From NCBI GenBank assembly GCA_049414405.1, contig JBMSAQ010000015.1, positions 60,001-92,000 of the forward strand: a DNA stretch of 32,000 bases. Reading direction: 5' to 3'. Every line of letters begins with the position of its first letter. Positions within the stretch are counted from its first letter, which is position 1. Shown here one piece after another: positions 16,433-25,600 of this stretch. The stretch is from Candidatus Nanopusillus sp. (GTDB taxonomy: Archaea > Nanobdellota > Nanobdellia > Nanobdellales > Nanobdellaceae). Under the pieces are notes generated by a model. That model searched no databases, was not told the DNA's origin, and was given only the letters and a program-made list of their open reading frames with translations. The position numbers and the translations under genes are program-made.

Positions 16433-17071
16433 ATGTTTAAAATGCCCGGTCTATATCTCAATACAAGAGTCTATGCAATAAGAAGAAGAAAAAGCAATCT
16501 AGATGAAATACTTGCATATCGAGTACATCAAGAAAAAGGATTTATATCTTATACTTTTCAAACAAGAAGAGAAATACCAGATGTATTAGAAATTTATAAG
16601 AAATTAGATTTGGATGATGATAATGAATATTATCCTGCAGCATTTATATCACCTCCGCCATCACCTGAAATGCATAGACAACCCATTCCTTTTGATGGTC
16701 ACTTTGCCTTAGTTATAGGATATGCAAAAGAAATACCACCTTATGTGCCACTAAATAATCTAATCTATGCACTCGGTATAGAAATTATGGGAGAAAAAAA
16801 TAAACTATCAGAGATACATGTAAACGGTATTAGTGGACTTGATTTTCTACAAGATCATAAAAAGCCAAAAAAATATATTTTATATTTAGAAAATGTTACT
16901 AATTCGGCAGATTTGATTAGTTTTATTATATACAATAACATGTATTCTACAAGTAGTGGAAAGAATAGAATGATGAAAGCTGGTTTGTTCATCATTATTG
17001 ATGATGATGATACTTCTGAAAATCATACATTTACTCCTACCGATATTAAGATACTTGAAATATTCATATAG
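16433..17071 (+). CDS. Hypothetical soluble protein (orphan)
   Basis: 212-aa ORF with no recognisable motif and no TM segment. It has a Pro-rich stretch (ISPPPSPEMHRQPIPF) and an acidic run (IIIDDDDTSE), and its composition is less AT-skewed than its neighbours. Confidence 0.45.
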   Translation: MFKMPGLYLNTRVYAIRRRKSNLDEILAYRVHQEKGFISYTFQTRREIPDVLEIYKKLDLDDDNEYYPAAFISPPPSPEMHRQPIPFDGHFALVIGYAKEIPPYVPLNNLIYALGIEIMGEKNKLSEIHVNGISGLDFLQDHKKPKKYILYLENVTNSADLISFIIYNNMYSTSSGKNRMMKAGLFIIIDDDDTSENHTFTPTDIKILEIFI

Positions 17072-17212
17072 CATAAGAATGGGGGTTAGAATTCTATATT
17101 TAATTACTCCGAAATTATCATATCACATATACCTTTTTGATGTTAAACAAATATTTATTACCGAATAAATTAATTCTTTTGTCTCTTTTGTTATTAACCA
17201 ATATCAAAAAAT

Positions 17213-18739
17213 TTAATCAATATAAATTCTAGGCATTACACCATTTGGAGGCATAAATCTCACTCTAGCCCAGTACCAGGTACTTATCATTGTACCTTCC
17301 ACTGAATAAGCACCTATCACATAATAATTATATTTCTTTATACGACCTTGAGACCCTATAGAATTAATTTTATAGTTTAATCCTACTCCTCTATTATTTG
17401 CATAATCCCAATATACTGAAACTATAGAATCTGCCATAGGATACTCATTATATGAATAACCATAACTCGATGTAAGTGATCCTACAGCAATACCACCATG
17501 ATTATCTCCAACATACCTGACTGGTTGATATCCAAAGCCATCTTTTTCATATGGGGTATTATTAATGTATACACCAATACCATGACCACCACGGGAACCT
17601 CGTACTGTATAAGAGGCTAAATAAGCATCGAAGATTGTATCTGGAGGGAAATCTGATAATGTAAACAATCCAGCCCATGATCTAGAAGTGGATGAATTGA
17701 TAGTTAATCCGTTATTTACTGTTATGGTTGCACCATATAAACTGGCTCTCCATTTACTCATATCAAATATTATTCCAGCGAAATTATCATAGAATAAAAA
17801 TACATATTCTCCATTATCATATTGTCCATATGTTGGGGATAAATGTGGTGCTTGTCCTACATAGGGGTAATATTGTTGGTAATAGTCTGTATCATTAGAT
17901 CCTATGTACATATGTGCTGTTACATAACCGTAAGGAGATATTCCATTTGGTAATTTTACCCACCATACATAACATGCAATTTCTCTATGACCCATTCGAC
18001 CTTCATACCATAATTGACCTTCATACCATGAATATAAGATATTACCATCACTATCTGTAAACATTACATTTTGTCCATTTGGATTTATTTGATTAAACAA
18101 TGTTGCATTATTTATGTAGGAGAAGCTATTAACTATATTTACACTTCCATTACATATTGCTATCTGTTGTTGGAATGGAGATTGTGTTGGAATAGATTGA
18201 ACATTGTATATTACTATTGGAATGTGCAATAAATTATCAGAACCATTAGAGCTAGTAGAACTTTCATTATAAACTACATTATTAGAATTATCAAAATTAG
18301 AAACATATACAAAATTAAACCTATTGTCATCTGATACTGCATAATTATAAATAACCCCGCCATATATAAAACTTGTATTTATAATATACGCAGTAGAATT
18401 ATAATGACAAGTCTTATCTATTATATGACACAAACTGTTTCTTCCCGAAGGAATCACATTTCCTGCATCACATGCGACACTACTTCCGTTTATAAGTACA
18501 ACATTTCCATTATTATCTATGAAGATTATTTGATAATCACTTACATTTATTTGTGTGCTTCCATTATTGTAGATATCAAAATATATGGTATTATTTAAAC
18601 AATATACACTATTTATTACAAATGATGTATGCTGGGGTTGTTGCATAATTATGTTAGTATACACATAATATGTTCCTGCAGCCGCAGCTGCTATACCAAC
18701 TATTATTATAATTAGAACTATTGGGGCAATTGTTCTCAT
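17213..18739 (-). CDS. Surface protein with a DUF2341-like plus LamG/concanavalin-like region and a pilin-like N-terminal helix
   Basis: N-terminus MRTIAPIVLIIIIVGIAAAAAGTYYVY. MFTDSDGNILYSWYEG...IACYVWWVKLPNGISPYGYVTAHMYIGSN resembles the DUF2341 pattern (F.D.DG..L.YW.E...A.vWVK.P...iY.YYGN). FYDNFAGIIFDMSKWRA resembles the LamG-type FDDF.g..ld..kW pattern. The C-terminal block is WYWARVRFMPPNGVMP. Confidence 0.6.
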   Translation of the reverse strand: MRTIAPIVLIIIIVGIAAAAAGTYYVYTNIIMQQPQHTSFVINSVYCLNNTIYFDIYNNGSTQINVSDYQIIFIDNNGNVVLINGSSVACDAGNVIPSGRNSLCHIIDKTCHYNSTAYIINTSFIYGGVIYNYAVSDDNRFNFVYVSNFDNSNNVVYNESSTSSNGSDNLLHIPIVIYNVQSIPTQSPFQQQIAICNGSVNIVNSFSYINNATLFNQINPNGQNVMFTDSDGNILYSWYEGQLWYEGRMGHREIACYVWWVKLPNGISPYGYVTAHMYIGSNDTDYYQQYYPYVGQAPHLSPTYGQYDNGEYVFLFYDNFAGIIFDMSKWRASLYGATITVNNGLTINSSTSRSWAGLFTLSDFPPDTIFDAYLASYTVRGSRGGHGIGVYINNTPYEKDGFGYQPVRYVGDNHGGIAVGSLTSSYGYSYNEYPMADSIVSVYWDYANNRGVGLNYKINSIGSQGRIKKYNYYVIGAYSVEGTMISTWYWARVRFMPPNGVMPRIYID

Positions 18740-18787
18740 AAAAACCCGTTATAAAATTAAATTTAAAAATTTTATTAAATTCTTAAA

Positions 18788-18871
18788 TGCGGCGGAGGGG
18801 ATTTGAACCCCTGGCGGATCTTATCCAATCGGACCTAAACCGACCCCCTTTGACCTCTCGGGCACCGCCGC
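18788..18871 (-). tRNA. tRNA-Leu (anticodon UAG), class II with long variable arm
   Basis: The reverse complement folds as acceptor GCGGCGG/CCGCCGC, anticodon arm GUCGG-UUUAGGU-CCGAU, a 15-nt variable arm UGGAUAAGAUCCGCC, T arm AGGGG-UUCAAAU-CCCCU and discriminator A. 84 nt. Confidence 0.9.
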
Positions 18872-18880
18872 TTATAAAAA

Positions 18881-21487
18881 TTAATTGACTTTCTTTATAT
18901 AAAACTTATCAACTTTCTTTTCACCTTCTTTTAAGTTAATTATTCCATCCTTACACTTTAAATTTATATCATTTATTAAATCTTTATATTTTAAAACATA
19001 TTTTATTATATCAGATATATATAAACTAGTTTCTAAGTATAATTTTCCATCCTTTATATTGTTTTTAATATATTCCTCCAATACTATATTTAACTTTTTA
19101 TTATATTCCTCCCTTTCCTTATTTATTTTCTCAATATAGTTATTTAAATTATTTATATCAACATTATACTTACTTTTTATATCTAAAATTTTTTCCTCAT
19201 AATTTTCAAATTCTTCTATAACCCTATCACCAGCAACAAATCTAAACCTTATCAACCCATCTGCAATTTTTTCTACACTCTTTATTTTTACTAATCCAAT
19301 TTCTAATGTATTATCTAAATGTGTTCCAGAACATGCTTCAACATCTGTATTTTCTATTTCAACAATTCTTAATTTTGTTTCTGGTATAAATCCTCCCTGA
19401 TATATTATAAATCCATATTTTTCTTCAGCTTCGTTTCTTAATAAATAAAATTTATTTATTTTTCTTCCTTCTAATATTGTTTTATTTAATTCTCTTTCAA
19501 TTAACTTTATTTCATTATATGAAGGTACTTTATAATGTGTAACATCCAATTTTCCTTCATATTCATTTTTCTCAGCACCTGCCTGCCATATATGGTTTCC
19601 ATATATTTTTCTTAATACAAATGTCAATAAATGGGTTGCAGTATGATGTTTCGATATTCTATATCTTCTATCTTTATCAATAATTTGTAAAATATTTGAA
19701 TTTTTATCCCAATTAATTTTTCTATCTATTTTATGTAATATTATTTTTTCATATTCAATTACATCAATAACCTTTGCATAATAACTTTCAAATCCTTCAA
19801 CTTTGTTACCACTTAAATAATCCTTTAATATTTCTTTTACATAATATGGAAAATCATAATTATTCAAAATTTCTCTCGAATAATTTTTTATTTCATCTAA
19901 GTTAAATACATATCCTATATCATTTACCTGTCCACCTTTTGTTGGATAAAATACGGTTCTATCAAATATTAAATATTCATTTTCTATACCCATTAATTTT
20001 CCAATATCATAATATTTTTTCCATGATTCATAGAATAACTTATATGTTTCAGAATAATTTATATTTAAATTTAATTTTTCTTCTTTTCTTATTTTTTTAG
20101 ATTTTTCTTTATGTTCCTCGATTAATTTATTTAATTCTTCTCTATTTATTTTTATATTTGGGTTTATATCTTCTATAATTTCTAAAGAAATTCCATATGA
20201 TGTATATAATTCGAATATTTTCTTTGTATCAACATTCTTTAAATTATTTAAAATTTTTTGAGCATTTTTCTTTACTTCTACATATTTTTCATACTCATAT
20301 TTTAATATATCAACAATTTCATTTATATTTTCCTTTAATTTTTCTTCATACCAATCCTCAGAAATTTTTATCAATAATTTTCTTAAGAAATCTTCTATAT
20401 CATTTATTTCAAAATGTTTATCGATAAAATAAAACATTCTCCTTGCAACCAATCTTAAATTATAATTTCCACCAATATTTGAAGGTAATGCTCCATCAGA
20501 TATTGCAATGTATAATGATCTAATATGATCTGAAATTGAATATATTGCCCTCATTATTTCAATATTGTTTTTAGGATCTATTCCTTTTTCTTTTAAAAAT
20601 TCTTCAAAAGATCTTATATCATTTTTTTCAAAATCAAATAATGAAGAATACATTGAAATCTTTGATAATAAATCTATATCAATTTCATATTTTATATTAT
20701 CTAATAAGAATTTCATTGTATTTGGAAACACAATATCATATGATGTGCTTGTACCATTTGTAATCCATGCAACTCTTTCTTGTCCCATTCCCATATCCAA
20801 AACTTTTAATTTATCCAACTCTATCCATTCATTATTAATAATTTTATATTGCATATATACTTGATTTGCAACCTCTAAACCCTTTATAAAAAATTCGATT
20901 GATGTTCCACCATTTCCCCCACCTTCCCATTTATCTTCATGAAATAAAAATTCATCCATTGGAAAATTATTATCTTCAAACCAATAATATAGATCTAAAA
21001 AATATTGATTTATATCATATTCTTCAGGTTTTACAAATGCGTGTTGTCCAATCATTACAAAACCGGTATAATGTCTTCCTGTTAACCCAACGTTTCTAAC
21101 ATCATTAAATCTCAAACAAAATTGAGGAACGGTTAATTTTTTTGAAGGTGGTTCTGCATATCCTTCAACAACCCATGGTTGAAAATCTGCAATTGATGCA
21201 ATTACAAAATCTATATCATTCCTCCACCTTGCTACGACAGGATATCTATTTATTGTTGCATAATCTCTTTTGTTTAAATATTTTGAAAAATTTTCCCATA
21301 CTTCTCTATATGATAATTTTTTTCCAACAGGGTTATTTATAAAACCATAATTTTCATGATCCCCACATACTTCTCTATTTTTATCGGATGTCCAAAAATA
21401 CTTTCCACAAATTCCACATTTTTTTCTAGTTAAATCTAAACTTTCTAAAGCTTTTTTTGGATATAATTTTTCATAATTAGATTGCAC
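18881..21487 (-). CDS. alaS: Alanine--tRNA ligase (archaeal type, single full-length polypeptide)
   Basis: 868 aa. The N-terminal FTRKKCGICGKYFWT-like motif, the catalytic core (FCLRFNDVRNVGLTGRHYTGFVMIGQHAF) and the editing-domain motifs HHTATHLL and CSGTHL are all present. Confidence 0.95.
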   Translation of the reverse strand: MQSNYEKLYPKKALESLDLTRKKCGICGKYFWTSDKNREVCGDHENYGFINNPVGKKLSYREVWENFSKYLNKRDYATINRYPVVARWRNDIDFVIASIADFQPWVVEGYAEPPSKKLTVPQFCLRFNDVRNVGLTGRHYTGFVMIGQHAFVKPEEYDINQYFLDLYYWFEDNNFPMDEFLFHEDKWEGGGNGGTSIEFFIKGLEVANQVYMQYKIINNEWIELDKLKVLDMGMGQERVAWITNGTSTSYDIVFPNTMKFLLDNIKYEIDIDLLSKISMYSSLFDFEKNDIRSFEEFLKEKGIDPKNNIEIMRAIYSISDHIRSLYIAISDGALPSNIGGNYNLRLVARRMFYFIDKHFEINDIEDFLRKLLIKISEDWYEEKLKENINEIVDILKYEYEKYVEVKKNAQKILNNLKNVDTKKIFELYTSYGISLEIIEDINPNIKINREELNKLIEEHKEKSKKIRKEEKLNLNINYSETYKLFYESWKKYYDIGKLMGIENEYLIFDRTVFYPTKGGQVNDIGYVFNLDEIKNYSREILNNYDFPYYVKEILKDYLSGNKVEGFESYYAKVIDVIEYEKIILHKIDRKINWDKNSNILQIIDKDRRYRISKHHTATHLLTFVLRKIYGNHIWQAGAEKNEYEGKLDVTHYKVPSYNEIKLIERELNKTILEGRKINKFYLLRNEAEEKYGFIIYQGGFIPETKLRIVEIENTDVEACSGTHLDNTLEIGLVKIKSVEKIADGLIRFRFVAGDRVIEEFENYEEKILDIKSKYNVDINNLNNYIEKINKEREEYNKKLNIVLEEYIKNNIKDGKLYLETSLYISDIIKYVLKYKDLINDINLKCKDGIINLKEGEKKVDKFYIKKVN

Positions 21488-22337
21488 CCTTTTTCTTTAA
21501 TAATTCATATTTCTGCATTACTAATATTTCATCCATTGATAGTTCAGAACCTTTCATAATTTTTTGTTGTATCTTTGAATATTCTTCGATTATTTTGTTC
21601 CTTTCTTCTTCTGATATTTCAACAGTCTGTTTTTGTAATCTTTGACTTATGTATCTTTGTAAATCTTCATTTAATTTATCTTCAAGTTCTCTTATTCTAT
21701 CTTTTATCTGTTTTATTTGTTCCTTAATTTTGTTATATTCATCCATTATTTGTGTTAATCTTTCCTTTATCTGTTTTATTTGTTCTTTTATAACCTTTCT
21801 TCCATCAATATTTCTTCTAATATTTTGGCCTATTATTGATAATTTGGATCTATAAGCATTATATTCTTCTCTCAATTTATCGATTTCTTGTAAAATAGAA
21901 GATATTTCTTCGTATTTACCTAAAAGTTTTCTCAAGTATTTTATTCTATTCCAAATTTTCTTTTCCTGAGAATATGATAAAACCTCGGTCTGTAAAACAT
22001 ATTCTAATGTTTCCAATTCTTTTTTATATTTATTTATATCTTTTATTATATCTTTGTTCTTGAATACATCTTTTCTTGTTTGCTTTATTTCATCCAATTT
22101 TTTCTTTAATTCTTCCAGTTTTTCTAATGTTTTTTCCCTTTCATTCATTAAATTATCCAATATTTTACTATACTCTTCCTTTTTACTTCTCAATCCCTTT
22201 AATTTTTCTAATAATTTTTTTCTTTCTTTATATAAAACTCGCTTTCTGGAGTATAAATTTTCCTTTTCTTCTCCTAACTTAATTAATTCTTTTTTTGTTA
22301 AGATAATGCCCCTATAAATCTTATCTGAATCTGTCAC
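21477..22337 (-). CDS. Archaeal coiled-coil protein (COG1340-like)
   Basis: 286 aa that is almost entirely K/E/L heptad-type sequence, with an internal duplication EQIKQIKERL / EQIKQIKDRI. It overlaps the alaS start by 11 nt. Confidence 0.55.
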   Translation of the reverse strand: MTDSDKIYRGIILTKKELIKLGEEKENLYSRKRVLYKERKKLLEKLKGLRSKKEEYSKILDNLMNEREKTLEKLEELKKKLDEIKQTRKDVFKNKDIIKDINKYKKELETLEYVLQTEVLSYSQEKKIWNRIKYLRKLLGKYEEISSILQEIDKLREEYNAYRSKLSIIGQNIRRNIDGRKVIKEQIKQIKERLTQIMDEYNKIKEQIKQIKDRIRELEDKLNEDLQRYISQRLQKQTVEISEEERNKIIEEYSKIQQKIMKGSELSMDEILVMQKYELLKKKGAI

Positions 22338-22372
22338 CTTAAAATAAAATTGTATATAAAAATTTATAAATT

Positions 22373-22681
22373 TTAGAAACCAAATAAAGATGCTAAACCC
22401 TCTAATGCTTGTTCTTCCTTCTTTTCTTCTACCTTCTTCTCTTGCTTTTCTTCCTTCTTTTGTTCTACTTGCTGTGGACTAACCTGTACTGGAGCAGAAG
22501 ATAACGATTCTTCCTTTATTTTATCCAAATCAACTCCTTGTAAGCTTGCTAATACGGCATTTATCATTGCATCATTTGGTTCTATTCCTACTGATGTCAA
22601 TACCTTCTTTATATTATCTGCATTTATTTCTTTTTTAGCTTCATGTAATAACCATACTGCATATATATATTCAAGACCCAT
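22373..22681 (-). CDS. rpl12: Large-subunit ribosomal stalk protein P1 (L12e)
   Basis: The N-terminal EYIYAVWLLHEAKKEINADNIKKVL, the K/E-rich hinge and the C-terminal EEQALEGLASLFGF are diagnostic of archaeal P1. Confidence 0.9.
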   Translation of the reverse strand: MGLEYIYAVWLLHEAKKEINADNIKKVLTSVGIEPNDAMINAVLASLQGVDLDKIKEESLSSAPVQVSPQQVEQKKEEKQEKKVEEKKEEQALEGLASLFGF

Positions 22682-22722
22682 TCTATTATTGTTAAAAAAA
22701 ATATATTTAAAAATGATATCCT

Positions 22723-23841
22723 TTATTTTATATCCTCAAACCTTTGAATTAATTTATCCAATATGGGTTTTGCTGTAGTTGTTAATAAATCTTCATAAGA
22801 TACTCTATGCGGTTCAAACGGACCATGTCTTCTAATATAATCTGCAATTTCTAATGCTTTATTTCTTACATAATCAAATGCTGGATCGTCAAACATATCT
22901 TCAGGCCCATATAACCTATCTCTTTTTACCTGAAATCCCAATGCAATTACTCTTGGAGGTCCATCAAACCTTGTTGCCCTTGCATTCTTTAAACTTACAG
23001 GTAATAAAGGACCCCAATATGACCCTCTCATCCACCCATTTACCATATATGGAAATGAAAAAGCTTCTAATATTTCCCCAACAGATGGAAATCCTTTTTG
23101 TGCTCTAACAATCATTACTGGATCGTCTTTTCCAGCATATCTACCAGCTTCTTCATATAATCTTTCTGTAGAAGAAACCGCTACAGGTTCATTATTTGGA
23201 TATTTATCAGACCTTGGATATACTCTTTTTATGGCAAATCTTTCGGATGTTCCAACTAGTAATAATAAGTCATAAATTTCTTCTGGAGAATTTAAATATA
23301 TTCTTTTATGATTATACAAATCCCACACTTCAAATCTAAATCCAGGTCTCGTATCAGGATCGATTACTAAACCAGGTGTATTAAATGGGTTTGCAAACAT
23401 TTGAAATAAAGGATAATTAAATGCCCCAGATTCTGTTTTATCTGCAGCAAATACAATTATTGGTTCTGAAGATCTTAATGTAAATTCCATTTCCGCAACT
23501 CCAGGTCCCATTCCAATTAATGAACCGGTAAATTCGTTTTTTAATAAATCTCCACCAGCACCATATAAATGCATCTCTTTTGCAATTTCAGAATTTTTCT
23601 TAAATATTTCAAATGCTATTTGATGTATTTCCCTATTATTTTCCCCTTTATTGTGTAATATTATCAAATTCAAATCATCTCCTACATGAAATACAAAATA
23701 ATCAAATATTTTTTCTCCCTTATATCTATCTAATATATCTGAAGCTATTTCTTCAAATATTTCTGGAATATTTGAATTTCCAACCAAACTTCCTATATCT
23801 GCTTTTAAAACACTTATTGTTATTTTTTCTGATGGGGTCAT
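22723..23841 (-). CDS. fbp: Bifunctional fructose-1,6-bisphosphate aldolase/phosphatase (class V FBPase)
   Basis: ITISVLKADIGSLVG, HVGDDLNLIILH, GPGVAEMEF, FANPFNTPGLVIDP, GKDDPVMIVR, GWMRGSYWGPLLPV, ATRFDGPPRVIALGF and FDDPAFD are collinear with the crenarchaeal enzyme. Confidence 0.94.
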   Translation of the reverse strand: MTPSEKITISVLKADIGSLVGNSNIPEIFEEIASDILDRYKGEKIFDYFVFHVGDDLNLIILHNKGENNREIHQIAFEIFKKNSEIAKEMHLYGAGGDLLKNEFTGSLIGMGPGVAEMEFTLRSSEPIIVFAADKTESGAFNYPLFQMFANPFNTPGLVIDPDTRPGFRFEVWDLYNHKRIYLNSPEEIYDLLLLVGTSERFAIKRVYPRSDKYPNNEPVAVSSTERLYEEAGRYAGKDDPVMIVRAQKGFPSVGEILEAFSFPYMVNGWMRGSYWGPLLPVSLKNARATRFDGPPRVIALGFQVKRDRLYGPEDMFDDPAFDYVRNKALEIADYIRRHGPFEPHRVSYEDLLTTTAKPILDKLIQRFEDIK

Positions 23842-23876
23842 ATAATATTTTTTAATTTCATTTTTTATAGTATTAT

Positions 23877-23895
23877 TATACCACCCAAAGGTATA
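23877..23895. promoter_or_regulatory. Perfect palindrome TATACC-N7-GGTATA in the fbp/dnaG divergent spacer (candidate operator)
   Basis: TATACC (23877-23882) and GGTATA (23890-23895) are exact reverse complements. A third arm, ATACCTTT (23913-23920), is complementary to AAAGGTAT (23887-23894). The palindrome lies just upstream of the fbp TATA-like CTATAAAAAA (complement of 23861-23870). Confidence 0.35.
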
Positions 23896-23937
23896 AAAGT
23901 TTCAATGATTAAATACCTTTCCTAAAAATATTTAATA

Positions 23938-25125
23938 ATGGCGAAGAGTTCACCACCTTACATAAAATATATGATATATGCGTCAGTATATATTGATGGG
24001 GTAGTTGAGAAACCAGATGTAATAGGAGCAATATTTGGACAAACAGAAGGATTATTGGGATCAGAAATGGATTTAAGAGAATTACAAAGATCTGGAAAAG
24101 TTGGAAGAATAGATGTAAATCTTAGAGTAGAAAATGATAAAACAATAGGAGAAATTAGGATACCAACAAGTTTAAATAGATTTGAGACTACATTAATTGC
24201 TGCAACATTAGAAACTGTAACAAGAATTGGACCAACACACGCAACAATAAAAGTACAAAAAATAGAAGATATAAGAAAAACAAAAGTACAACAAATATTA
24301 GAAAGAGCTAGAGAATTATTAACAAAATTAGTAAATGAAGAATTACCAGATCCAAAAGAATTACTATTATATTTAGAATATTCACATAATATGAAATCAC
24401 TAATTGAATATGGACCGGAAAAATTACCTGCAGGACCAGATGTAGATAAATCAGAAGAAATAATATTGGTAGAAGGAAGAGCAGATGTTTTAAATTTATT
24501 AAGATACGGGATTACAAATGTAATAGCATTAAACGGATTAAATGTACCAAAAACATTAGTTGATTTATCAAAGAAAAAGATTGTAATAACATTCTTTGAT
24601 GGGGATAGGGGCGGAGATTTATTAGTAAAAGAATGTATGTTAAGTGGTGTTGATATTGATTTTGTAGCAAAACCAGAACCTGGTAGAGAAGTTGAAGAAT
24701 TATCTGGAAAAGAAATATTAAAAGCTCTAAAGAATAAAATATCATTTGATCAGATTAGAGCATATTATGAAAAATTAGAAGGAAATATTGAAGATGTAAG
24801 AAATGTTAGGAATGAAAAAAAAATAAAAGATCCAATATTACAAAAACTAAAGTCGTATATCAATGATATATTTAAAACTGATCAGGCTTTATTATTGGAT
24901 GAACACTTCAATATATTAAATAAAGTACAAGTAGATAAATTGGGGGAAATAATATTAAAATATAATAATTTATCTTATTTAGTAATGGATGGTATATTAA
25001 CAAGAGAATTATTGGAATTAATAGAAAAGAGTACAAATATAAAATATATAGTATGTATAGATAGTATACAGAAAAGTAGTAATAAAGTAAAGATATATAC
25101 AATAAGCGATCTTGATAAAGTCTAG
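23938..25125 (+). CDS. dnaG: Archaeal DnaG (TOPRIM primase-like, exosome-associated)
   Basis: The N-terminal YASVYIDGVVEKPDVIGAIFGQTEGLLG..DLRELQRSGKVGRI and the TOPRIM motifs ILVEGRADVLNLLRYGITNVIALNG and FFDGDRGGDLL are present. Confidence 0.93.
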   Translation: MAKSSPPYIKYMIYASVYIDGVVEKPDVIGAIFGQTEGLLGSEMDLRELQRSGKVGRIDVNLRVENDKTIGEIRIPTSLNRFETTLIAATLETVTRIGPTHATIKVQKIEDIRKTKVQQILERARELLTKLVNEELPDPKELLLYLEYSHNMKSLIEYGPEKLPAGPDVDKSEEIILVEGRADVLNLLRYGITNVIALNGLNVPKTLVDLSKKKIVITFFDGDRGGDLLVKECMLSGVDIDFVAKPEPGREVEELSGKEILKALKNKISFDQIRAYYEKLEGNIEDVRNVRNEKKIKDPILQKLKSYINDIFKTDQALLLDEHFNILNKVQVDKLGEIILKYNNLSYLVMDGILTRELLELIEKSTNIKYIVCIDSIQKSSNKVKIYTISDLDKV

Positions 25126-25595
25126 CTTTTTTCTATCTGATAATTTATTATTCCACTGATAGAATTATTTCCTACAGATGAATAATATAATGTTAAATAT
25201 AAAACCCCTCCAAGTCTTTCCCATTGGGTAATTGTCAGTCTTGTTTGTTCATCCAATTCAAAATTATATTGTATAGTAATATAGCTATTTGGTTGTATTA
25301 TATATATGTTCTGTAAAAAATTTCCAGAGGTTACTATTGAAGATGTCTGGTATGAATTCTTTAATCCTAAAAGTGAGAAATAAATTTCAACAGAATAATT
25401 GTTCGGGTTATTTACATTAAAAGAAAAATAATTCTCACTCACTGTAAAATTTGATATATATAGATCATATATATTTTTAGGATTTACCATCTTATTCCCA
25501 CTAAAATATGTTGAATATGAATAATATATTAGGTAAATTACTGGTATAGAAAATGCTAAGAATAATAAATTTAATATTATCTTTTCTTTATCCAT
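25122..25595 (-). CDS. N-terminally anchored small protein with a predicted beta-rich ectodomain, unknown function
   Basis: 157 aa with one N-terminal hydrophobic helix (ILNLLFLAFSIPVIYLIYY), then alternating polar/hydrophobic beta-like sequence carrying N-x-S/T sites. Its stop overlaps the dnaG stop by 4 nt. Confidence 0.5.
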   Translation of the reverse strand: MDKEKIILNLLFLAFSIPVIYLIYYSYSTYFSGNKMVNPKNIYDLYISNFTVSENYFSFNVNNPNNYSVEIYFSLLGLKNSYQTSSIVTSGNFLQNIYIIQPNSYITIQYNFELDEQTRLTITQWERLGGVLYLTLYYSSVGNNSISGIINYQIEKS

Positions 25596-25600
25596 AATAT

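Noticed and set aside
16270-16461. 63-aa minus-strand ORF
   Set aside because: It runs straight through tRNA-Arg. The PRGFEPRTS-type peptide is the classic translation of a tRNA T-arm, so the ORF is spurious.
21700-21785. Near-identical roughly 21-nt repeat (TTATCTGTTTTATTTGTTC) occurring twice in the coiled-coil gene
   Set aside because: It corresponds to the protein-level heptad duplication EQIKQIKERL / EQIKQIKDRI. It is an internal coiled-coil repeat rather than a regulatory or mobile DNA repeat.
20197-24745. Short ORFs antisense to alaS, the coiled-coil gene, fbp and dnaG (20197-20427, 20565-20864, 20899-21099, 21142-21342, 21649-21855, 22054-22317, 22076-22282, 22854-23108, 23613-23855, 24512-24745, 24908-25102)
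   Set aside because: All are opposite high-confidence genes and encode repetitive hydrophobic strings. They are best explained by the absence of stop codons in the reverse frames of AT-rich genes.
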